A stretch of 64,000 nt of DNA from an uncultured Candidatus Rokubacteria bacterium. Its GTDB lineage: Bacteria; Methylomirabilota; Methylomirabilia; Rokubacteriales; CSP1-6. Where the stretch lies: positions 1 to 64,000 of the forward strand of contig CAVWFS010000008.1 of the NCBI GenBank assembly GCA_963754315.1, in the 5' to 3' direction. A program made the translations under genes and the position numbers. This document shows, in pieces, positions 40,114-52,032 of the stretch (within the stretch, counting starts at the first letter, position 1; every line of letters starts with the position of its first letter). The notes beneath the pieces were generated by a model, which was given only the letters and a program-made list of their open reading frames with translations, was not told the origin of the DNA and did no database searches.

Positions 40114-41589
40114 ATGGCGCAAGCGCGAGTTCGTCCGCATGGTCGAATGACGCGAGCGGGCTACGTCAGTGCTGACGTCGAAGCTCCTCCCACCCCCGAC
40201 TACGTCGTCGTCGAGCTGAAGGACCAGGCCACCGTCGCGCCAGCGGGCTCCCGCTTTACGGCGCCGGCCGCCGCCGCGGCGGAAGCAGAGGACTTGAATC
40301 GAGTCTTGGCCCGGTTCGGTATCCGGGCCATGCGTCCGCAGTTCCGGCTTCCTGCCGCCGCGCTCCGGCGCAGGGTTGAAGTCGCCACCGCACGCAGGGC
40401 ACGCTCTGGCGTCAGGGCACGCGCTGATTCGGAGTTCCGCCAATCGAGCTTCGTGCAGATCGTCCCCCGGCGCAGCGCGGATGCCCCCAAGCTGGCGCGC
40501 GCTCTTCAGGGTCGGCCGGCCGTGGCCCAGGCATATGTGGCGCCGCGCCCCGTACCGGCCGGGCTCAGCGGCAGCACGGCCGGCAGCCGGCTGTTCGAGC
40601 CGGCCCAGGGCTATCTCTACGCGGCCCCCAACGGGATCGCCGCCGCCGAGGTCTGGGACCTGGCGGGCGCCCGCGGCAAGGGCATCACCATCTGCGACAT
40701 CGAAGGCGCCTGGAATCTACGGCACGAAGATCTTCCCAGGGGAATCGCGCTGATTGGCGGCACCATGCTCGCCGATCTCGGCTGGCGTAATCACGGGACG
40801 GCTGTCCTCGGCGAGATGGTGTCGCGGCGCGACGCCCGAGGGACCGTCGGCATCAGCGCCGACGCCAAGGCGGTGGTGCAGTCGGCCTTCATCGACGGAG
40901 TGTTCAATCTTCCGGCCGCTCTCACCAACGCCGCCGACCGCCTGACAAAGGGCGACGTGATCCTGATCGAGCTGCAAGCCGACGGCCCCAACGGCAAGTA
41001 CGTCGCCATGCAGTACTGGGACGACATCTTCACGGCCATCCAGGTGGCCACCGAACGCGGCATCACCGTGGTGGAGGCGGCCGGCAACGGCAACGAGAAC
41101 TTCGGTCTGCCGATCTTCAATGGGACAGGACTCCAGAAAGACAGCGGCGCCATCGTGGTGGGAGCGGGTGTTCCACCTGCCAACCACGTCGACTTCGACG
41201 GGTTCGGGTCTGCGCTACCCTCCTATACCTCGCTCGGCGTTCCGCGCTCGCGCATCTTCTTCTCCAACTACGGAAGGATCGTCAACGTCCAGGCGTGGGG
41301 CTGGCACGTGACGACGCTCGCCTACGGCGACCTCCAGGGAGCGGCGTCGGAGAACCGGTGGTACACCTTGCGGTTCTCGGGGACGTCGAGCGCCTCCCCC
41401 ATCGTGACGGGGGCCGTCGCCTGTCTTCAGGGGCACGCCAAGGCCAAGCTCGGTCATCCGTTGCCGCCGGCCAAGGTGCGGGCGATACTGATGGCGACGG
41501 GCACGCTGCAGCGGCCGGGCCCGAGCGTGCCGCTCAGCCAGCATATCGGCCCCCAGCCGAATCTGGTCAAGGCGATGACCAAGGTGTAG
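40114..41589 (+). CDS. S8 (subtilase) serine peptidase with N-terminal prodomain
   Basis: Triad ICDIEG / NHGTAVLG / FSGTSSASP, oxyanion AAGNG. Confidence 0.92.
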   Translation: MAQARVRPHGRMTRAGYVSADVEAPPTPDYVVVELKDQATVAPAGSRFTAPAAAAAEAEDLNRVLARFGIRAMRPQFRLPAAALRRRVEVATARRARSGVRARADSEFRQSSFVQIVPRRSADAPKLARALQGRPAVAQAYVAPRPVPAGLSGSTAGSRLFEPAQGYLYAAPNGIAAAEVWDLAGARGKGITICDIEGAWNLRHEDLPRGIALIGGTMLADLGWRNHGTAVLGEMVSRRDARGTVGISADAKAVVQSAFIDGVFNLPAALTNAADRLTKGDVILIELQADGPNGKYVAMQYWDDIFTAIQVATERGITVVEAAGNGNENFGLPIFNGTGLQKDSGAIVVGAGVPPANHVDFDGFGSALPSYTSLGVPRSRIFFSNYGRIVNVQAWGWHVTTLAYGDLQGAASENRWYTLRFSGTSSASPIVTGAVACLQGHAKAKLGHPLPPAKVRAILMATGTLQRPGPSVPLSQHIGPQPNLVKAMTKV

Positions 41590-41608
41590 GGCCCCCAGGA
41601 GAGACCGC

Positions 41609-41968
41609 ATGATGCCCGCCGTGCCGCTTCCTCGTGGGGCAAAGATCGCGTCGACGATCGAGGTGAAGCTCGGGCGCGGCTGGCGTTACAACCCAGACCG
41701 CGGACTCTTCACGAGCGAACGGGGTGAGCAGTTTGCGCCGCCGCGGCAGGCTCTACCGCGGACCGCCAGGATCGTGCCCAAGGTTCCATCGCTGGCCCGC
41801 GCTGCTCCCGCCCGGCTGTCCAAAGCCGAGCGGGAGCTGACGCGCTTCGTTCAGATCGTGCTGCCCCCGCGGACCGACCCTGGCCCCCTGGTCGCGGTGA
41901 TCCGGCGCTGGCCAAGCGTCGAGGACGCGCAGCCCGCGCCCAGAGTCAGCCTGCCGTCAGTCACCTGA
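41609..41968 (+). CDS. small protein resembling the S8 prodomain
   Basis: FVQIVLPPRTDPGPLVAVIRRWPSVEDAQPAPR aligns by eye with FVQIVPRRSADAPKLARALQGRPAVAQAYVAPR of the upstream protease; AGGAG RBS. Confidence 0.7.
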   Translation: MMPAVPLPRGAKIASTIEVKLGRGWRYNPDRGLFTSERGEQFAPPRQALPRTARIVPKVPSLARAAPARLSKAERELTRFVQIVLPPRTDPGPLVAVIRRWPSVEDAQPAPRVSLPSVT

Positions 41969-43516
41969 GGCCGCCGACGCTCCAGGTCGGCACGGGGCGG
42001 GCGAGCCCTTTGAGGGTGAGTGCACCCACCTCCTCGGCCTGAATCAGCTCCTCGACCAGTGCCGCCACCCGGGACGAGATCAGGATCTGGCCGGCCTTGG
42101 CCTCGCTGCACAGGCGCGCGGCCAGATTTGTGACGTTACCGATGGCGCCATAGTCCCAGCGTCCCTCGAAGCCAATGGCGCCAATGGTTGCGTAACCCTC
42201 TGCGATGCCCACACCGAGCCCGAGGTCCCAGCCGCGCTTGCGCCAGCTGGCAGCCAGCCGGGCCACCGCGTCGCGCATGGCGAGGGCCATGCGGATGGCG
42301 CGCTCGGGCGGGTTCTCCACCTCCACCGGGTCGTTGAAGAAGACCATCATGCCGTCGCCGGTGAAGCGCTCCAGGGTGCCTTCGTGCTCGAGGACGAGCC
42401 GGCCCATCTCGGCGTGATACTCGCGGAGCACGCCCATGACCTCTTCGGGCTCGGACGTCTCCGCAAACGCGGTGAACCCACGGAGATCGAGGAACACTAC
42501 CGTGACCTCCCGCCGATGGGTCCGAAGGGGGTCGGCGGCACCGCCGGCCACGATCAGCTCGGCGAGCTGGGGTGAGAAGAAGCGTTTGAGCCGGCCGAGC
42601 TGCTCGAGCTGGCCCACTTGCTCGGACACGCGCTGCTCGAGCGTGCGGTTCAGTTCGGCCAGCTCGGCGAGGTGGCGGACTTCCTGGTCGCGCAGCCGCT
42701 TCTTCTCGAGACAGGCGCCGATGCGCGCGCGCAGCAGAACGGGGTCGAAGGGCTTGGGTAAATAGTCCTCGGCCCCTAGCTCGATGCAGCGGACGACGCT
42801 CTGGACTTCGTCGAGCGCCGAGATCATCAGCACGGGGATGTCACGCAAAGTCGGGTCCGCCTTCATGCGGCGGAGCACCTCGTAACCGTCGAGGCCTGGC
42901 ATCATCACGTCGAGTAGCACGAGGTCGACCGGGGCGCCGGCGCCGCGCTCGAGCGCCGCTAAGGCCGCCGTGCCGTCGGCGGCCGTCCGCGCTTCGTAGC
43001 CCTCCCGGACGAGTCGCCGGGTAAGCAGGTCGCGGTTGGCCGCGTCGTCGTCCACCACCAAGATGCCGCCTCGCGGTGACCGCGCCGCCCCCGGACCGGC
43101 GGCTTCAGCCGGCGCGGTTTCGTCACTCGCTGGTCGCGGCGTCCGGCTTCACGAGCGTCGCCAGGCGTCGGACCGCCTCAGCGATGCGCTTCACGTCCGC
43201 CAGCATCGTTTTCTGCCCCGACGGCGGTGGCCTCACGGGCGAGCCGATCGGTGGCGGCCGCGATGCGTCCCAGCGGGGTCGCCACTGCCGTCCCGAGGGC
43301 CGAGAGGTCGAGCGTCTCGGCGTCCCTGCCTCCCGGTGCGAGACGCTCGTTCACGGACGCCAGCACCTGTCGGGCATCGTCCAGGAGCCCGCGCAGATCC
43401 CCGGCGAAGCGCGGGCCGGAGTCCTCGAGGAGCATCTCGGCATAGCCGATGATGTGATTGAGCGGCGTGCGCAGCTCGTGGCGCAGGTGGGCGAGGGCAG
43501 CGACCGGATCGGTCAT
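41961..43516 (-). CDS. DHp(HisKA-like)-REC-class III adenylate/guanylate cyclase, two apparent indels at ~43130-43210
   Basis: [25 protein letters not shown]...LLDVMMPG...YLPKPF; VTVVFLDLRGFT, ERFTGDG, DYGAIGNVTNLAARL. Confidence 0.85.
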
Positions 43517-43582
43517 GGCGCTGCTACGGCGTGCGCCACCAGCACCGCGCAGAGGTCAACGATGAGCGGGCCGCGATCTGGT

Positions 43583-43960
43583 TCACGAGGCGCCCTGGCT
43601 GCCCAACAGGGACTGGATTTTGGTGAGTAGCCGCTCGAAGTCTACCGGCTTGGTGTCGAAGTCGTCGCAGCCGGCGGCCAGCGCCTTCTCCCGGTCGCCG
43701 GCCATGGCATGCGCGGTGAGCGCGATGACGCGGATGGCCTGCGTCGCCGGGCTCGCCTTGATCCGGCGCGTGGCCTCCCAGCCGTCCAGCCCGGGCAGGC
43801 TCATGTCCATGAGGATGAGGGCGGGAGCCTCACGCGTGGCCATCTCCACGCCGGCCTCGCCGTCCACCGCGACCAGCACCTCGTAGCCGCGCCGGGCGAG
43901 GCGCCGCGAGAGCATGTCGCGGTTCATTTCGTTGTCCTCGACGAGCAGGATCTTCGGCAT
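43583..43960 (-). CDS. single-domain response regulator (DivK/CheY-like)
   Basis: ILLVEDN, LILMDMSLP, IALTAHAM, DTKPV; start overlaps the kinase stop. Confidence 0.95.
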   Translation of the reverse strand: MPKILLVEDNEMNRDMLSRRLARRGYEVLVAVDGEAGVEMATREAPALILMDMSLPGLDGWEATRRIKASPATQAIRVIALTAHAMAGDREKALAAGCDDFDTKPVDFERLLTKIQSLLGSQGAS

Positions 43961-46900
43961 CAGCGCTCTCCTCCGCTCCGGCGAACCGACGCCGTCACCA
44001 GCTCGCGGATCTCTCGCAGCAGCGCGTCTGCCCCCTGGGCTCCCTTCAGGAGCACCCGCTCCACCGAGCCCGAGAGACGCGCGCGGTCCTCGGCCGTGAG
44101 GTCCCGGGCCGTCACCACGACGACGGGCACCGCCCGCCACGCCTCCTCGCGCCGAAACGCCTCGAGGAAGTCGAAGCCGTCCATCTCCGGCATGATGAGG
44201 TCAAGCAGCACCAGGCCTGGCTGCCTCTCCCGAGCGCGCGCGAGACCGATCATGCCATTCTCGGCTTCGATCACGGTATGGCCCTCACGCTCGAGCACGC
44301 GGCGGATCAGGCCGCGCAGCTCCGGATCGTCATCGACGACGAGCACCGGCCGCTCCGGCCGGTGGCGCCGGATCACCTCGATCAGCCGGTCGCGGTCGAG
44401 GGGCTTGACGAGGTAGTCGGCGGCGCCGAGGGCATAGCCGAGGTTCTTTTCCTCGACGATCGTGAGCATGACGACCGGAATATTGGCTAGAAGCGGATCG
44501 GCCTTGAGCGCGGCCAGCACCGCCCAGCCATCCATGCCGGGCATGAGCACGTCGAGGGTGATCACGTCGGGCGCGAGCGTTCGGGCGAGCCGCAGCCCGT
44601 CTTCTCCGCTGGCCGCCGTCACCACACGGAATCCTTCGCGGCCGAGGAAGCGGGTGACGATCTCGCGGACAGCCGGCTCGTCGTCGATGACCAGCACGGT
44701 GCCAGCGGAGCGGTTCCGAGCGCCCCACGGATGGCGCCGTCCCTGCTCCGTCCACCGGCGCGGCCGTCTCCTGCCCCGTCCACGGGCGGAGGCCTCGCGT
44801 GGGTCGTGCCTGCCTCCGCCATCTCCGCCGGAAGTCTGATCGTGAACGTGCTCCCGCGGCTCGGCTCGCTCTGCACGGTGATGTCGCCGCCCATCATGCG
44901 GCAGAGCCGCCGGGAGAGGGCGAGGCCGAGCCCGGTGCCGCCGAAGCGCCGGGCGGTGGCGGCGTCGGCCTGCGTGAAGTCCTGGAAGAGTCGCCCTATC
45001 TGCTCCGCGGTCATGCCAATGCCCGTGTCCGCCACCTCGAAGACCATCGTGTGAGTGTGCTGCTCCGGTACCGGCTCGCGCCGGACCGTCAAGGAGACGG
45101 TCCCGTCCTCGGTGAACTTGCAGGCGTTGGACAGCAGATTGAACAGGGCCTGGCGCACCTTGGTCTGGTCCGCGTGCATCTCCCCGGCGTCGGGCTGGCA
45201 CGAGATCTCGAGCCGGTTGCGCTTCCGGTCGGCCAAAGGCTGAACGACGGCGCCGATCTCTTCGACGAGGGCAGCCACGTCGAAGCGCTCCAGGTAGAGC
45301 TCCATCTTGCCCGCCTCGATCTTCGAGAGATCGAGGACGGCGTTGATCAGCTCGAGCAGATGCTTGCCCGCCGTATTGATCTTCTTGAGGTCAGGGACGA
45401 GGCCCTGCTGGTCGAGGTCCTGAGCCTCTTCTTGCAGCATCTCCGAGTAGCCGATGATGGCATTGAGCGGGGTCCGGAGCTCGTGCGACATGCCGGCCAT
45501 GAACTCCGACTTGTGCCGATTGGCCACCTCGAGCTGCTTGAACAGCCGCGCGTTCTGGATGGCCAGCGCCGACTGGGTGGCGAAGGTCCGGAGCAGCTCG
45601 ATGGTCTCGGGCGGGAAGTCGCCGGGCGCGTTCCGGGTCACGGCCAGGCACCCGATCAGACGGCCCTCGCGGAGCATGGGTACCGCCAGCAGAGCCCTGA
45701 TGCCGACCTCGATCAGGGTCTCGCGCAGCCTGCCCTCGTACGCGCCCGCCACGGTGATGTCGGGCACCTGCGCCGGCTGGAGCGTCACGGCTGTCTGTCC
45801 GACCACGCCCTCGCCTTTGCGGATCTGCGCGGTTCGCCGGGCTTCGGCGAGCGCGCCGGCACCGGCCTGCCCGGTCGCCACACGTTGCGCGAATTCCTCG
45901 GCCGCTTCGTCGTATTCGAAGATGACGCCCCCATCCAGCCCCGAGAGCTGGACGGCGCGCGAGACGATGGTCGTGAGCACGGTTTCCAGATCCAGCGAGG
46001 AGCTGACGGCCTGGCCCACCTCGCCAAGGGCGGTGAGCTGCCCCACGGAGCGGGTGAGGTCGGCGGTGCGCGCCTGCAGCTCCCCGAGAAGTCGCGCATT
46101 CTCGACCGCGATGACGGCTTGGTCGGCGAACGTTCTCAGCAGCTCCACGTGGGCATCGGAGAACGCGTCGACCTGCTGATGGGCCAGACTGATGGCGCCG
46201 ATTACCTCGTTCTGCCGAAGCATCGGGACCGACAGCACGCTCCGCGTGCCCCGCGACCGGAGGTTCGCCATATTGTCAGCACTGATCTGAAGATCGACTT
46301 TCGACGTTCGCGATATAGGCACACCCTGCCCGTCCTGATCGCCGCGCAGGCGGCTCCCGGCGCGGTCACCGGACGAGGGAACGTTCGGCGCCACTGCTCG
46401 AGCTGTTCCGGCGTGTAACCCTCGTGGGCGACCGAATGTACGAGCGAACCGTCGAATCGATACACGCCTCCGTGCTGAGCGCCGCAGAGTCGTGCCGCGC
46501 TGCGCACGATCGCCTCGAAGACCGGCTGCACGTCCGTCTGCGCCTGACTGATGGCGCGCAGGATGTCGGCGGTGGCTGTCTGGCGATCGAGCGACTCCGT
46601 CAGGTCCCGGTTGCGCGCCTCCAGCTCCGTGAGCAGGCGCGCGTTTTCGACCGCGATGACCGCCTGGTCGGCGAACGTCTGCAGCAGCGCGATCTCATCC
46701 GACGAAAACCCAGTTGGCTCCGCCCGGTTCACGACGATGATGCCAAGGGGATCGTTGCCGCGGAGCATCGGCACCGAGGCGAAGGAGCGGAAGCCCCTCT
46801 CGGCCGCGTGGCGCCGGAACTCGGAGCCGCACGACGGGTCCGTCTCGACGTCGACGACGTGGTGCACCCTTTTCGTGAGCACTGCGTGCTCGGGGGGAGA

Positions 46901-49900
46901 GGTGGGTGGGTGGGGTGACTGGAGCCGCTCTTTGACGGTGGCGGCGCTTCCCGGCAAGCCGCCTCGCGCCGCCACCATGCTGATCAGCTCACCGTCGTAT
47001 CGGGCCACGGCTGCGCCCCCTGCCCCGAACAGCCGCATGGCACTGTCCGCGATGGCCTCGAAGACCGGCTGCACGTCGGTCTGCGCCTGACTGATGGCCC
47101 GGAGAATGTCGGCAGTGGCCGTCTGCCGGTCGAGCGACTCGGTCAGGTCTCGGTTGCTCTCCTGGATTTCCGTGAGCAAGCGCGCGTTCTTGACGGCGAT
47201 CACCGCCTGGTCGGCAAACGTCTGGAGTAGCGTGATCTCGGCCGGCGAGAACCCTCCCGGCTCGGCGCGGGAAACGGCGATGATGCCGAGGACATCGTCT
47301 CCGCTGAGCATGGGCACCTGCACGCTCGAACGCCAGCCCCGGAGCCTGGCGTTCCCGCCAGCGAGACGTCCCCAGGCTGGATCCGTCTCGATGTCCACGA
47401 TGTGCTGCACGGCGCGCGACAGGATTGTGCGGCCCGCCACGGTGCTGTCAGTGGCTGGGTGGCTCTCAAAGCGAGCCATCATCGTGTCGCTGCTCCCCGG
47501 CAAGCCTCCGCGCGCCGCCGCCAGGCTGATCAGCTCGCCGTCATAGCGGAACACGAGCGATCCCCACGCTCCGAACAGCCTCATGGCGCTGTCAGCGATG
47601 GCCTCGAAGACCGGCTGCACGTCCGTCTGCGATTGACTGATTACCCGGAGGATCTCAGCGGTAGCCGTCTGCCGGTCCAACGATTCCGTCAGGTCACGGT
47701 TGCGCGCCTCCAGTTCCTTGAACAGCCGAACGTTCTCGATGGCGATGACGGCCTGGTCGGCGAACGTCTGCAGCAGCGCGATCTGCTTGTCGGTAAACGG
47801 CTGCTACTCGTGTCGGCGCATGACGATGGCGCCGACCGCCTCCTCCTCTCGAAGGAGGGGTACGGCGAGCGTTGTTCGCGTTCCGAGCGTGCGAGCCAGC
47901 TCTCGCGTCCCCGGGAAGTCGTGGTCGGCCTGAGCATCGGCCACGTGAACGATTCGTCGTTCGAGAATGGCCGTCCCCCCCATACGGGCCCGCGTGATTG
48001 GTATCAGGTCTGATTCCGTCACCAGCCCGACGGGCCCCTGATGCGCGGCGCGCCGCATGAGATCGCCTTCGCGAAGGAAGACGAGCGCGTCGTAGCTGCT
48101 GCACACCCTCATGGCGCAGGTCGCGATAGCATCCAGCACGGGGCCGATCGCTGTTGGCGAGCTCGAGATCACGCGCAGGATCTCGGCGGTGGCGGTCTGC
48201 TGCTCGAGCGCCTCGGACAGGTCCAGATTGCGGGCCTCCAGCTCCTTGAACAACCGCACGTTCTCGACAGCGATGACCGCCTGGTCGGCGAACGTTTGCA
48301 GCAGCCCAATCTCGGTCGGTGTGAACCCCCCCGCTCGGGCGCGCGTGATGGCGATGACCCCGAGAGCATCGCCTCCGCGAAGCATCGGTACCGCTACCAC
48401 CGACCGGAAGCCGCGCTCACTCGCGTCCTGGTAGAGCTGGGGGCCCCAGGAGGGGTCCGCGACGACATCAGCAACGTGCTGCACGGTCCGAGTCAGCACT
48501 GCTCGCCCCGGCGGCATATCTTCGGTTGGTCGCCATGGCACCCGGAGGCGCGCCATGAAGGATTCCGTGCTGCCCGGCAAACCGCCTCGGGCTGCAGCCA
48601 GACTGGTCAGTTCGCCGTCATACCGGAACACCGCCGCCGACCATGCCCCGAACAGCCGCATGGCGCTGTCGGCGATGGCCTCGAAGACTGGCTGGACGTC
48701 CGTCTGCGCCTGGCTGATCACCCGGAGGATCTCGGCGGTAGCTGTCTGCCGGTCCAGCGATTCCGTCAGGTCCCGGTTGCGGGCTTCCAGCTCCTTGAAT
48801 AACCGCACGTTCTCGATGGCGATGACCGCCTGGTCGGCGAACGTCTTCAGCAGCTGGAGGCGTTCGTCGGAAAAAGCGCCCACGTCACGGTGGGTCACGC
48901 CGATGGCGCCGATGACCTTCGCATCACGGACCATCGGAGCAAGGACTAGGCTCCGAGCGCCGCGGGAGCGGTAGGCGTCGGCGACCCGGGCCGACGTGTG
49001 CGGATCCGCCGCGATGTCGGCGATATTGAGCACGGAACCATCCGCGATCCGCCAGAGATGATCGGTCTCCTGAAGTGGGCGGGGAAAATCGCGGCCGTAG
49101 ATCTCGATCGTCTCGGGACTGAAATTGTACTGGCCGACGAAGTGAGCCATCCCGTCCTCGAAACGGTAGACAGCGGCTGACTCGGCCACACACAGGCGGC
49201 CGGCGCTGCCCACGATCGTGTCGAAAACCGGCTGGACGTCCGTCGGCGAGCGCGAGATGACGCGGAGGATCTCGGCGGTGGCGGTCTGCTGCTCCAGGGC
49301 CTCGGTGAGGTCACGATTGCGAGCCTCGAGCTCCTTGAACAGTCGAACGTTCTGGATGGCGATGACCGCCTGGTCGGCGAACGTGCGGAGCAGATCGATC
49401 TGACGCTCCGCGAAGGGGCCGGGGGTGCCGCGGGAGACCGAGATGACGCCGATGGGGCGGCCTTCGTGCATCATGGGTACGGCGACGACTGCGCGAAGCC
49501 TGATTCGACGATGTGCCTCGCGCGCCGCCGGTTCTAAGTCCTCGGTCTCGATGTCCGAAACGTGGACAACGGCGGATTTGACGAGCGCGGAAGCCACAAT
49601 CGACGTTTCTCGGCGTGGGATCTGCGGGAAGAATCTCGCGGTCTCGTCAGCGGTGCCGGGCCGGGGATTGTATTGCGCGGCGAGATGGAGCAGTTCGCCG
49701 TCGTAGCGGGTGACGATGGCGTACTCGCCGCCGCACAGCCGACTGGCGCTTCGAACGATGGCGTCGAAGATCGGCTGCACGTCGGTCGGCGAGCTTGAGA
49801 TCACCCGGAGAATCTCGGCAGTAGCGGTCTGCCGCTCGAGCGCCTCGGTGACCTGCGCGTGGGCCTCGGTGAGATCGCGGTTACGCGCCTGCAGCTCATC

Positions 49901-51574
49901 GAACAACCTCACGTTCTCGATGGCGATGACGGCCTGCGCGGCAAAGGTCTGCAGGAGCTCCACTTGCCGGTCGGTGAAGGGCCGGGCCTCGGCGCGCCGC
50001 AGGGCGATCACCCCAATCGCCTCGTCGACACGGAGGAGGGGCGCGACAAGTGTCGTGCGGTGACCAAGGCGCCGGGCGATCGCGCTCCCCTCAGGGTATT
50101 CGTCAGTCTCAGCCTGTGCATCCAGGAGGTGGATCGTCCGCCGCTCGAGCACGGCGCGCCCCGGCGGTGTCCCCCGGACCAAAGGAGGGCCCTGGCCAAT
50201 GGGGTGAGTGGGGATCGGGCCCTCGTGCGCGACGAGGCGTAACGCGTCGCCGTCGACCCGGAAGATGGCGGCGTCGTACGCGTCGCACAGGCGGGCGGCG
50301 CTCGCCGCCACGGCCGCAAACACCGGGTGGACGTCGGTGGGCGAGCTACTGATGACGCGCAGGATTTCGCTCGTCGCCGTCTGCTGCTCGAGGGCTTCTG
50401 TCACCTGCGCGTTGGCTCGCGTGAGCTCCCGGTTCTTCTCCTGCAGCTCGGTAAACAGCCGCACATTCTCGATGGCGATGACGGCCTGGTCGGCGAAGGT
50501 CTCGAGGAGCGCAATCTGCTTGTCGGTGAACGGCTTCATCTCGTGTCGGCGCATGACAACGGCGCCGATCGCCTCCCGCTCGCGGAGGAGCGGCACCGCG
50601 AGCTGCGTCCGCAGGCCGACGGCTCGCGCCAGCCGCTGCGTTTCTGGGAACTCGGCGTCGGCCTGGGCGTCGGCCACGTGGATGGTCTGCCGGCCGAGGA
50701 TCACCGCCCAGACGTGGCGGGTGCGATCGAGAGGCACGACATCTGTAGAGGCCATCCTGACCGGCCCCTGGTGGGCGACCCGGCGAATGATGTCACCTTC
50801 GCGGAGGTAGACCATCGCGTCGTACCCCTCGCACACCCTCACCGCGCTGGCCGCGATCGTGTCGAGCACCGGGCGGATGTCGGTCGGCGAGCCGCTGATG
50901 ACGCGGAGGATCTCGCTCGTCGCGGTCTGTTGTTCCAGCGCTTCACTGAGGTCGGTGTTGCGCGTCTCGAGCCCGCGAAACAACCTCACGTTCTCGATGG
51001 CGATCACCGCCTGGGCGCCGAAGCTCTGGAGGAGCGCGATCTGGCGGTCGGAGAAGCCGCCGGTCTCTTGCCGTGTGACGGTGAGGGCGCCGATGGCCCG
51101 GCCCTCGCGAAGGAGTGGTACCGCGATGACACTGCCCAGGCCGGCTTCGCGCGCGGGGGCACCCGTGAACTCCGACGCCTGGAGGTCGGTGACGTGGACG
51201 ATCACCCGATCGAGGATCGCCACGCCCGCGGGCAAGCTCCGGTCCGGTGGTCGCGGGAAACGGCTCATTCGCTCCGCCCCGCCGGGCCGCAAATTATTGT
51301 GTGCGGCAAGGTGGATCTGCTCACCGTCGTAACGGAGCACGATGCCGCCCTCGCCGCCGCAGAGCGCGACCGCGTGGCGGGCGATGGCGTCGAATACGGG
51401 CTGAGCGTCGTTGGGTGATCGGGAGATGATGCCGAGGATCTCGTCGGTGGCTGCCTGCTGCTCCCGCGCCTCGACGAGCTCAGCCCGAAGGACAGCGTTC
51501 TCGGCAGCGAGCTGGAGCTGGGTGGCCGTCCGCGTCGTCTTGCCTGGCTTTCTGGTTGGCTTCCTGGGGCTCAT
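43960..51574 (-). CDS. giant soluble hybrid histidine kinase 1: 11 GAF-HisKA-HATPase-REC-REC (~2500 aa), interrupted
   Basis: Eleven (S/T)FxxQ(A/S)xxA(I/V)xN GAF ends across four ORF pieces; [30 protein letters not shown]; two REC. In-frame TAG at 47804-47806, frameshifts at ~46310 and ~44700-44810. Confidence 0.88.
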
Positions 51575-51591
51575 GAGACGTCCACGCGGCG

Positions 51592-51621
51592 ATGCTCCCC
51601 TGTGTAGGCCGGCGAAGTCAA
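51592..51621 (-). promoter_or_regulatory. putative promoter of kinase 1
   Basis: TTGACT, 18 nt, GAGCAT; same motif as upstream of kinase 2. Confidence 0.5.
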
Positions 51622-51751
51622 GGTAGCCCGTCGGCCCCGCCTATCTGGGGGCCAAATAGTCGCGCAGATGGAGCCGCCGCCAGGCTGGCTGGTCTACGTA
51701 TTCATGGGCGAATCAATGCGGCAGGCGAACTTCCAGGCAGGTGACAGCGGA

Positions 51752-51786
51752 TTGACTTAGTCATATTATAGACTCAGAATTAGACT
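51752..51786 (+). promoter_or_regulatory. TA promoter/operator
   Basis: TTGACT, 17 nt, CAGAAT; palindrome TGACT-T-AGTCA 51753-51763; TAGACT at 51769 and 51781. Confidence 0.65.
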
Positions 51787-52032
51787 ATGATCAGGGCCAA
51801 CATTCACGCCGTCAAGACGCACCTATCGCGCTACCTGGCCCGTGTGGCCACGGGCGAGACCATCGTCATCTGCAACAGAAACGTTCCCGTGGCGGAGATT
51901 CGCCCGGTGGCGGCCCGTCGGACGGCCCGTCGGCCCGTCGGGCTGGCGAAGGGTACGTTCGAGGTACCGGCCGCGTTCTTCGAGCCCCTCCAGGAGGGCG
52001 AACTGGACCGCTGGGAGGGGAAGCCCGGGTGA
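51787..52032 (+). CDS. Phd/YefM family antitoxin
   Basis: NIHAVKTHLSRYLARVATGETIVICNRNVPVAEI; GTGA overlap with the PIN gene. Confidence 0.92.
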   Translation: MIRANIHAVKTHLSRYLARVATGETIVICNRNVPVAEIRPVAARRTARRPVGLAKGTFEVPAAFFEPLQEGELDRWEGKPG

